Assembly: GCA_963422375.2 (NCBI GenBank)
Contig: OY729427.2
Span: forward strand, 992,001 to 1,056,000
Direction: 5' to 3'
DNA from: Bryobacterales bacterium
Lineage (GTDB): Bacteria > Acidobacteriota > Terriglobia > Bryobacterales > UBA6623
Length of the DNA stretch: 64,000 nucleotides
The number at the start of each line of letters is the position of its first letter. The first letter of the stretch is position 1. Positions 22,755-31,753 of the stretch are shown here, in pieces. A model generated the notes under the pieces. It was not told the origin of the DNA. It ran no database searches and worked only from the letters and a program-made list of their open reading frames with translations. The position numbers and the translations under genes were made by a program.

Positions 22755-24688
22755 CAGCGATTCTAAACCTGGTCATCAAGGTGGCGGATGAACGTTGTGT
22801 GCTGCTGTGTACTACGCCGCCTCCGCCTAGGAGCAGGCCCGCACAAATACTGCGCGCCCGAAGAGCGATCTTCGCGGCGCCGTCTTCCTTCGCTGCTGCC
22901 CGCTGAGCGCGCGACGGGCGCGGGCAGCCCCGATTGTGGCCCGGACCCGTGCGCTGGATCAGGGGGCGCGGGGCGCGCTAGTGAGCGATCACCCAGTCGC
23001 CGCGGGGCCCCTGCTCGGCGAAGCCGACGCGCTTGAGGTTGCGAATCGAGCGGGGCGTGTTGAACTCCGCGAGCAGGCGCTCGCAGTCCGTCTTGGGGTC
23101 CACGCAGGGCACACGGTCGCGCAGCATGGCGTAGATCGCACGCAGCATCTTGCCCGCCGTGGCCACGGTCGCCCGCTTCTAGCCGCGCCGGGCCGTCATG
23201 GCCTTGCGATGGTCGTGGAACTGGCAGTCCTTGGTGCGGGCGGCGTCGCGGACGCACTCGATCAACAGGGCCCGCACGTGCGGGCTACCGCTGCGGGCAG
23301 CGCCGGCCCGGCGCTTGCCGACGCTCTCGTTGGTACTCGGAGCCAAGCCGGCCCGGGCCGCGAGCTGCTCCGCGCCGGGGAGGGTCGCGGCCGGGTCGGG
23401 CCCAGCCTCCGGCAGCAGGCTGCGGGGGCCGGGGGCGTCGATCCCGGGCATGGTCTGCAGCAGGCACAGCAGGGGCTCGTGCTCGCGCAGGCCCTCGGCC
23501 AGGCGCCGGTCCAGCACGGCTAGGTCCGCGACCAGGCGGTCGAATGGCTGCAGCTGCTGCTGCAGGAGCCGGAGCGCCTCGCCGTCGAGATGGCCCTGCA
23601 GGACCTCCGCAAGCTGCTCCTTCTTGCCCTCCGCGCTCCCGTCCGGCGAGGCGAGGACCTCGGCGCTCGGGCGGCCCTCGGCCAGGCCGTCCAGCAGGCG
23701 CCGCCCGTTCAGGCCGAACACGTCGGCGACGCGCACGCCGGCCCGGTCGAGCGCCTTCCGAGCGCGATTGCGGACCTAGCTGCGGTCGTTGACCAGCTTG
23801 CGCCGGTAGCGGCTCAGGTGGCACAGGTCGCGGAAGAGCATGGTCGGCACGAAGCTGGCGCGGGCCAGTCCGGGAAGCGGAACCAGCGCAGCGCGACCTT
23901 CAGCGCCTCGAACAAGTCGCGGCGCGCGACCAGCTTGCGTCGGCACCGCCGCAGCGCGCAGACGCACCGCAGCACGGCATGGAGCACGAAGGCGAACAGG
24001 TTCGGCACGGCCGGCGAGTTGGCCAGCTAGGCCTTGGGGTGCTCCAAATTGCAGTTGCAGCCGCCCCGCGCCAGGCTGTTGAACCCCTCGTTCTCGATTT
24101 TCCAGCACGCCCGTCCGGCCCGCGCGATCCGCTCGGCGTTGTCCGCGGTGACCTCGAGACCGGTGAAGAGGCAATTCATGGAGGCGCGCTTGCCACGGCG
24201 TACTCGATCCTAGTGCCCTGCCGGGCCTCTGGGTGCTTACGCAGGGACAGCTCGTCCGCCCGGCGGAAGCGGTGCCGCTCGGACCCCTTGCCATGCCCGC
24301 GCCGCGGCAGCCAGCCGGTCGATTGCACAGCGCCGCGCGGCTGCCGGCTCTCCAGCACCTTGTACAAGCGCTTGTGGGATCCGGGCTTGCATACCCGCTC
24401 CATGCTCCGCCGGAACTCGAGGAACGACTCGCACCGGGTGAAATAGCAGGCCAGGGCGCAACCGGCGGCGTCGCTGACCTCGTAGCGCGTGTTGCGATCC
24501 GTGCGCCGGTCGGGCAGGCCGCCGGCGGTCTCGCGGAAGGCGCTCAGGAGCGAGTCCAATACCTGCGCCATACATTCTAGCCCGTAAATTGCGCTAGGAA
24601 AAGTCAATTGCCTGCATGCGCCAAGCTACTTTCGACACCCCTCTCAGACACTCTGGAAGTCCCAGAATGCCCAAACTTGGAATCGCTG
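22755..24688 (-). mobile_element. ISNCY-like IS with internal deletions, containing an IS110 fragment
   Basis: IR CAGCGATTC / GAATCGCTG; 9-bp TSD CCCTCAAGC (22746-22754, 24689-24697); transposase remnant about 23866-24571 (GRACWKIENEGFN). Confidence 0.85.
22978..23865 (-). pseudogene. IS110-family transposase fragment; N-terminal DEDD domain missing
   Basis: ASFVP..FRDLCHLSRYRRKL, DVFGLNGR, LLQTMPGI, AGLAPSTNESVGK, ATAGKMLRAIYAML; in-frame stops. Confidence 0.85.
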
Positions 24689-25257
24689 CCCTCAAGCCCA
24701 GCGCCATCCCTCGTTCGAATGTCTGACCCACCGCCATGTGCCCCATCTTGCCACCGGCGGTGCCTCTGTGATAGACTCGCTTGGAGGTGCTGCCGCCGTG
24801 GACGGCACCATCATTGCCCTTCGCGCCATCCACCGTGCCCGTTGTCGGTTTCACGTTTCGTGTCAGCTCGGGGCGTGACGCGTGAATCCACTCGACACTG
24901 CGATATTCCAAGCTCACCTCCTCCTAACTTGAATCGATCCACTCCTAAGGAACGCAACTCCACGTGACTTCACATGCGGCCACTTCCGGTGCGTGTCAAT
25001 CTGAATTCGATTGGTTGCCCTACTAGCATACCTGCGATGTCTGCTCCCAAGTCCAGCCACCCTAATCTTGATCCTCGAAAGGATTTTCCGTATTCTTGAG
25101 AGGTTTTCTGATCCCAAGACCACATCGAAAGCAATCACATCACGCGACATGTACGATCTTATTGAGGGAATTGGGAAGGATCACTCTGATAAGCTAGAGG
25201 CCCTCCAGCGAGCCATCACCTCCGATAGCGACAAGAGCATGGTCTCTCAGATAATAA

Positions 25258-25512
25258 GTGCCTGTGACAAAACTCGTATCCCCTTGACAACAAGGACGTT
25301 AGGTCCAATCTCTCAAGGCGAAGATTTCACTGGAATGCTACGACTAGTCCGAAATCCTGCCAATTCTGGGTAGAGCGCGGAAATCTTCGCGATTGGCGGC
25401 TGAGCAACTTCCGACCTCGGACCCTATATGTTGTGTTTGGAGATCCATCCGACCTCAGGATGTAGTATGAAATGCTGATCGGGCCAGAATTCAGGGGTTT
25501 TGTCTCAAGCAC
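25258..25512. mobile_element. 255-bp MITE-like insertion
   Basis: Imperfect 18-bp IR GTGCCTGTGACAAAACTC / GGGTTTTGTCTCAAGCAC, TAA duplication; excision restores the host reading frame. Confidence 0.8.
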
Positions 25513-26180
25513 TAATGAACTTTCGTGCATCGATTAGCGATGATATGAGAGCATTGATTCGTGAGTTTAGAGAATTCAAACAGCACATGGTTGAACAAAA
25601 TCAAAAGGCACTAATTGAGGCCCTTGAGGCTATTATTCGCGATTTTATGAGAATTTGACCGAACAATTCTGTGAGAATTTCAAGCAATTGAATCAAGGAG
25701 TGGAGAGACTTGTAGTATGGCAAGACCAATATAGTGATCACGTGGAACGGTCAATTGGTCTGCTTGACAAGATTGGTAGCAGCGACCTAGAAACTGGAAC
25801 GCTCATTCGGCACGATTGAGACCAGGATTGCTGCTCTTCCAGAGCCTCTCGAGAAGATTGACCCGGCACTGAAATCAGTCATCTCCAACAACACCTTACT
25901 CTCAGAGAGCCTCACAGAGCTTGCAGACCTTCGTGAGAAACCTCTGACTGCATTTCCAGTGATTGAATCCAATATTGAATCACTCACCGTGACGATGAAC
26001 AGCGCTGTGCAATCGACCGTCGACCAATTGAATTCATCACAGAAGGAAATGCAGACTATTGCAGAGTCACAGCGTCAGAAACACGAGGAGTTCATACGTG
26101 AGACCACACAATCGGTTCGAACTCAGATGGAGGGATCATTAACCGAAACACAGAGAATTGCCAGACAGAACATGGAGTTA

Positions 26181-27217
26181 CCTGATTACTAACGAACGTC
26201 ATCCGAGGATATGCTATACTGAAGGAGGTCGGAAATCTCTGACGGGAAAGGGGCTAGCAGATGAAACGCAATCGCGTGCAATTCCAGCAGGGACTCAGCC
26301 TGGGCAAGTTCCTGCAGCGCTACGGCAGCGAGGGGCCATGCGAGCAGGCCGTCTGCAAGGCCCGCTGGCCGGACGGACGGCTTCCGCTGCCCGGAGTGCG
26401 GCTCCCGCCGGCACTGCCGCATCCGCTCCCGCAAGCTCTGGCAGTGCCACGCCTGCCACCGCCAGACCTCCCTCGTCGCCGGCACGATCTTCGCCGCCAC
26501 CAAGCTGCCGCTGACCGTCCGGTTCCTGGCGATGCACCTGCTGACGCAGGGCCAGCACGGCGTTTCGTCGCTGGAACTGGCGCGGCAGCTGGGGGTCAGC
26601 CGGAACACGGCTTGGAAGATGAAGCACAAGCTCCTGCAAGTGATGAAGGAGCGCGACGAGCGCGTGCCGCCGGGCGGCATCGTGCAGGTGGACGACGCCT
26701 ACCGGGGCGGGGAGCGGACCGGCGGCACGCGCGGTCGCGGCGCGGCGGGCAAGACGCCGTTCGTGGCCGCCGTGCAGGTCACCGCCGCCGGCCAGCCGGC
26801 AAGGATGCGCATGAGCAGCGTGGCGGGCTTCCGCAAGAAGACGCTGGCAGCATGGGCCGGGCGGCACTTGCAGCCCGGCACGGAGGTGCATTCCGACGGC
26901 CCGGCCTGCTTCCGGGGCGTGGCCGACGCCGGCTGCGAGCACGTGCCGACCGTCACCGGAGGCGGGAAGCGGAGCTGCGGGGATTCCCGCTTCGTCCGGG
27001 TCAGCACGATGCTGGCGAACGTCAAGCAGTCCCTGGCGGGAACCTGCCCTGCGCTCGACGGCAAGCACCTGCCGCGCTACCTCGCCGCGTTCCGCTACCG
27101 CTTCAACCGCCGCTACGACCTGCAGGCGCTGGTCCCCCGCCTGCTCCACGCCTCCGTGCGCACCCCGCCCATGCCTTACCGCCTCCTAACCTTGGCTGAG
27201 TTTTGTGGGTAATCAGG
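26181..27217 (+). mobile_element. IS1595-family IS (copy C); frameshifted transposase
   Basis: Ends CCTGATTACT / GGTAATCAGG; TSD TGGAGTTA (26173-26180, 27218-27225). Confidence 0.95.
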
Positions 27218-27397
27218 TGGAGTTAATTGACAAAGGAATAGAGGCGGAGGTGACGCGAGTTCTCACCATGATGGGAGAATACTTGGCATCGATATCAGGA
27301 AAAATGAGAAGCGACTATGTGGAGCTTGCGGAAGATGTTTCAACTATCCTTCGACGGGTCAGGAGCTAGGAATAGAGGAGCATGACAGAACTTCTAC

Positions 27398-28765
27398 CGC
27401 CCATTCAACTCCGAAGTGCGACACGCGGGTAAGGGGCGGTGGGCTGGGATACTAGGACCACAGTAGCAGATCCAGCGGCACCGGACAAGCCGCTGCCGGG
27501 CCGAAGCGGGAGGCCGCGTCCCGGGCAGGCGGGAATGCGTGCCCCGTTTCCGGAACGGGGACCCTCCGGGCCTGTCCGGGCGCAGCTCCCCCGCGCCCCT
27601 GTCCTCGCGGCGGGCTGCCAGCCCTGCCTCAGCCCCGCGGCACCCGCTCGCGCTCCGCCGGGAAGACTTCCTCCGGCGTGCGCCCGCCCGGCACCTTCCG
27701 CGGACGCCGGTTCAGGCGGTCCCGCGCCTCCCGCACCCGGGCCGGGTCCACCCGCCGCAGGTCCGTCCCCTGCGGGAAGTACTGCCGCGGCAGCCCGTTG
27801 GCATGCTCGTTCAGCCCGCGCTCCCAGGAGTGGCAGGGCCGCGCGCAGTAGAAGCCCGCCCCCAGCCGCTGCGCCACCTCCCGGTGCCTCCCGGTGCCCC
27901 GCGAACTCCTTGCCGCGAACTCCTTGCCGTTGTCGGCCGTGATCGTGTGCGTCACGGCCCCGCTCCCTGCGAGCATCCCTGCGAGCATGGCCGTCATCGC
28001 CGCCCCGACCAGCTGCGCCGGCTCACCGGCTGCACTAGCAGGTACTTAGAGAACCGGTCCACCAGCGTCACCAGCGCCCCGCGGCGCGGCCCGCCGATCA
28101 CGGTGTCGGCCTCCCGGTCGCCGACGCGCGCCTGCGCTCGCGCCTCCGCCGGGCGCTCCGCGATGTCCGCGCGCCCCGGGATCAGGCCGCGGCCCGCCGT
28201 CCGGCCGACCCGCCGCACGCGCTTGCGGCCGCCCTGCCTCGGGTGCCGGTACAGCCGGCCCCCCTGCCGCCGCTCCGCGCGCACCAGCTGGTAGATCCGT
28301 TCAGGGCTGATCTCCAGCGCCCCTTCCCACTTCAGCCGCGCCGCGACCTGCTCCGGGCTCCTGCTCCGGGCTCCAGTCCTGCCGCAGGCAGTCCTCGCTC
28401 CGCGTCCGCAGAGCCGACGTCAGCTTGCGCGGCCGGCACGACGCCGCGCGCCGCCGCCGCTCCGCGCGCTCGCCTTCCGCCGGTCGGCCGTTGCGGCCCA
28501 CTTCCCGGTAGATCGTGGCCCGCTTGCGGCCCGGCTGCCCGGCGATCCTGCCCGCTCCCCAGCCCGCCCAGCCCGCGGCCCGCAGCGTCTCGCTCCGGCA
28601 GCGCTCCTCCTGCGTCACGTGCGTGTAGCTCTTCCGCATCCGCCTCCCTGCTCCTTCCAGCACCTACCAGCCTACTGCCGCGACACCACCGCTCGCTGCC
28701 CCCCTCTCTCCCCTCCCTGCCATCTTGTGGCTCGGCGCGTGTCGCACTTCGGAGTTGAATGGGCG
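27398..28765 (-). mobile_element. IS30-family IS with degraded transposase
   Basis: 30-bp perfect IR CGCCCATTCAACTCCGAAGTGCGACACGCG; YTHVTQEER, ATIYREVGRN, VGDREADTV, TITADNGKEFA, WERGLNEHANG, LNRRPRK; no TSD. Confidence 0.93.
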
Positions 28766-29147
28766 CATGGAGCGGCACAAGAAGGCATTGCATGGACACC
28801 GCAGAGACCGTGATAAACGGAATAACTGGTCCGATAATATTGAGGTGTTATGTATCAAGTGCCATTCTGGAGAACACTCGAGACTTCATCTTTCCTCGTC
28901 AGATGAACGCGCAATCGACAATCTAATCAAGTACAAGGACAGATGTGATCGGAAGTGCGAGATGTGCGGAGTCTGTATAGAAGACTGCAACGACCTCTTG
29001 CATGTCCACGGTGGTGACCTCGGTACGTCCAATCAGCACTCTCCGAACATAGAAGTATTGTGTGCTGTTTGTCATTCCGAGAGGCATCCTAGAATGCAGG
29101 TCCCTAGTGTGGATCGCATGCTGATTGAGGATCTAAGGAGATCGTAA
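28766..29147 (+). pseudogene. 5'-truncated HNH endonuclease (ZorE-like) with two HNH-type motifs
   Basis: LHGHRRDRDKRNNWSDNIEVLCIKCH and CEMC..LLHVHGGD..NQHSPNIEVLCAVCH; begins directly at the IS30 end. Confidence 0.7.
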
Positions 29148-29344
29148 AGTGGAGAGGGTAGCACGAGTGAATGGGACGCCATGCCATTGACAATGGGCAG
29201 TTCGAGATGACATATGATTTCTGAGTTGCTCAGTGTGTCGTAGATTTAATGACGCCTATACGTTTGCGCCTGAGACGACGCTTTGCTATAATCCGTGGCT
29301 GGATGCGGCGACAGCAGTTGCCGGAAGCCATCGGAAGAGCCGTC

Positions 29345-30457
29345 ATGCGTATCAGAGCAGCAGTAGCCCGAAATATCGGCCAGTTGGCAATCGAGGAGGT
29401 CGAGCTCGCTGCTCCCAAGGAACGTGAGGTCCTAGTCCGGATTTGCTCCGCCGGCGTCTGCCACTCGGACCTGCACACGCTACGGGGCGAGTTGAGGGCG
29501 GTCCCTCCGCTCGTCCTAGGGCACGAGGGCGCAGGGGTCGTCGAGGCGGTCGGAAGCCGCGTCACCCGCTGTACGCCCGGTGACCGGATCGTGGTCAACT
29601 GGCTGCCGGCCTGCGAGAGCTGCCCGACCTGCCTCAGCGGCCGCCACAATCTCTGCGAGCGGCTGGCGCGCACGACGTTCCAAGCGATGCTGGTGGACGG
29701 CACGTCCCGCCTCAGCACGCTGGACGGCATGCCGCTGAAGCACTTCCTCAGCGCCGCCACGATGGCCGAGCATGCCGTGATCGACGAGTCGAGCGCCGTG
29801 CCGATTCCCAACGGCGTGTCGTTCGATGTCGCGGCCGTAATCGGCTGCGCAGTGGCCACGGGCGTTGGCGCGGTGATCAACACCGCCCGGGCCAAGCCAG
29901 GCCTGCCTGCCGCCGTCATCGGATGCGGCGGCGTCGGGCTGAGCGCCTTGATGGGCTGCCGTCTCGCCGGCTGCCGCCCGATCATTGCGGTGGACGTGCT
30001 GGACTCGAAGCTGGAATTCGCCCGGCAGCTCGGGGCGGACGACACGCTGAACTCCGCGGCGTGCGACGACCCGGCTAAGGCACTCCGGAAGATGGCAGCC
30101 GGCGGCCCCGAGTATTTGTTCGACAGCGTCGGGGCGGCCTCTACCATCGATCTCTCGCTTCGGGCGGTGCGCCCCGGCGGCACGGCGACCATCGTCGGCT
30201 TGGCTGCGGCCAAGCAGCAGGTCGAGATTACCGCAGGCGCCCTGGTCCTGCAGAACAAGCGCCTCCTCGGCTCGTTCGCGGGCTCGGTCCGGCCGCGCCT
30301 AGACCTGCCTAGGCTGATGGGCCTGTACCTCGGGGGCAGGCTGCCGCTCGACAGGCTGATCACCCGCCGGTACCGGCTCGACGACCTACCGACCGCCTTC
30401 GCGGACATGGAAGCGGGCCGCGTCGCGCGGGGCGTGCTCGCTCTAATCGAGCAGTAG
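29345..30457 (+). CDS. Zn-dependent alcohol dehydrogenase (class III-like)
   Basis: GVCHSD, GHEGAG, CESCPTC..C, GCGGVG. Confidence 0.95.
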   Translation: MRIRAAVARNIGQLAIEEVELAAPKEREVLVRICSAGVCHSDLHTLRGELRAVPPLVLGHEGAGVVEAVGSRVTRCTPGDRIVVNWLPACESCPTCLSGRHNLCERLARTTFQAMLVDGTSRLSTLDGMPLKHFLSAATMAEHAVIDESSAVPIPNGVSFDVAAVIGCAVATGVGAVINTARAKPGLPAAVIGCGGVGLSALMGCRLAGCRPIIAVDVLDSKLEFARQLGADDTLNSAACDDPAKALRKMAAGGPEYLFDSVGAASTIDLSLRAVRPGGTATIVGLAAAKQQVEITAGALVLQNKRLLGSFAGSVRPRLDLPRLMGLYLGGRLPLDRLITRRYRLDDLPTAFADMEAGRVARGVLALIEQ

Positions 30458-30465
30458 CGCAGCGG

Positions 30466-31704
30466 TCAATCGTCGATGGACTGGTAGGCCAGGCGCTTGA
30501 ACTGGCCGCCGCTGTTGCCGAAGCGCGGCGGCAGCATCTGGATCATGTACAGCCCGATCATTTCCTCGGCGGGGTCGATCCAGAAGATGGTCCCCGCTAG
30601 GCCGCCCCAGTTGTACTCGCCCACCGAGCCGTTCAGCCCGCTCCTGGCCTTGTCCGCGTGGACGGCGAAGTCGAGGCCGAATCCGTAGCCCGGCGCCAGC
30701 ACGGACGAGGCGCGCCGGACGCCGCGTACATGGTCGCGTGTCATCAGCTCAATGGTCTTGCGACTGAGGATTCGCTGACCGTCGAGCGCACCCCCGTTCA
30801 GCAGCATCTGGCAGAAGCGCAGGTAGTCCCGGGCGGTGGACACCAGCCCCCCGCCGCCGGAATACCACTTGCTCTCGTAGTCGAAGTAGCCCGCCGAGCG
30901 GTCGGCGCGGGACGGCTCGATGCCCGTCTCGTCCTCGGTCTTGGAGTACATCTGCACGAACCGGTCCTTCTTGTCCGGAGGGACAGTGAAGCCCGTGTCG
31001 CGCATGTCCAGCGGCTCAAACAGCCGCTCGCCCAAGAAGGTCGCGAGATCCTTACCGGAGAGCACCTCGATCAGCCGTCCCTGCACGTCGACCGAGACGC
31101 TGTACTCCCAAGCCGAGCCCGGCTGGTGCTTGAGCGGCAGCTGGGCCAGCTTCTTGATGAAATCGTCCGACGAGCGGTTCCCGCCGAGCACGTCGAGCTC
31201 GCGAAAGCGCCTGTCGACCGGGTTCTTGCCGCCGCCGTAGCTCATGCCGGCGGTGTGCCGCATCAGGTCCTGGACGGTCATTTGGCGCTCGGAAGGCACC
31301 AGTCCGTCGCCGTCCTGCACCTTCAAGCCGCCAAGTTCCGGGATGTACCGCCGGACGGGATCGCGCAGCGCGAATCTGCCTTGCTCGTATAGCGTCATCA
31401 GGGCCACGCCCACGATCGGCTTGGTCATGGAGTAGATGCGGAAGATCGTGTCGTCGCGCAGCGGCCTGCCGGCCTCGCGATCGGCCATGCCGAGGGTCTC
31501 CCAGTAAGCGATCTTGCCTTTCCGGGCCACGATTCCCATCGCTCCCGCGAGGCGGCCCTCGTCCACGTCGGCCTGCATGGCCCGGGTGACGCGGCCCAGC
31601 CGCTCGGTCGAGAGTCCGACCTCAGCGGGTGCCGCGCGCGGGAACTCGGTGGCCGAGACAGTCGCGACAAGGGAGAGGACTAGGAGCGAGGCGCGAATAA
31701 TCAT
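30466..31704 (-). CDS. Serine hydrolase / beta-lactamase family protein
   Basis: Signal peptide, FRIYSMTK, LMRHTAG, WEYS, WGGLAGT. Confidence 0.93.
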   Translation of the reverse strand: MIIRASLLVLSLVATVSATEFPRAAPAEVGLSTERLGRVTRAMQADVDEGRLAGAMGIVARKGKIAYWETLGMADREAGRPLRDDTIFRIYSMTKPIVGVALMTLYEQGRFALRDPVRRYIPELGGLKVQDGDGLVPSERQMTVQDLMRHTAGMSYGGGKNPVDRRFRELDVLGGNRSSDDFIKKLAQLPLKHQPGSAWEYSVSVDVQGRLIEVLSGKDLATFLGERLFEPLDMRDTGFTVPPDKKDRFVQMYSKTEDETGIEPSRADRSAGYFDYESKWYSGGGGLVSTARDYLRFCQMLLNGGALDGQRILSRKTIELMTRDHVRGVRRASSVLAPGYGFGLDFAVHADKARSGLNGSVGEYNWGGLAGTIFWIDPAEEMIGLYMIQMLPPRFGNSGGQFKRLAYQSIDD

Positions 31705-31753
31705 GGATTTCCCTTCTATTCCGGACGGCGTGCCCGCTGGCCCGCCCTGTCCG

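Larger units (their letters stand above)
22450..24800 (+). pseudogene. Heavily deleted remnant of a transposase-like gene, target of the nested insertion
   Basis: Fragments IVTFPHGEHKDD, YYIYVFDGDFGTLFVKFRSYFSYCAKLCLSGHVYL and RLLPSALASLK|PSA joined across the TSD; boundaries approximate. Confidence 0.5.
25060..27369 (+). pseudogene. zorA: ZorA-like (Zorya type II) protein split by a MITE and an IS1595; 5' TM region not recognisable
   Basis: Reconstructed AITSDSDKSMVSQII|MNFRASISDD..QNQKALIEALEAIIRDF/ENLTEQFCENFKQLNQGVERLVVWQDQY ... MEL|IDKGIEAEVTRVLTMMGEYLASISGKMRSDY, stop 27367-27369. Confidence 0.7.
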
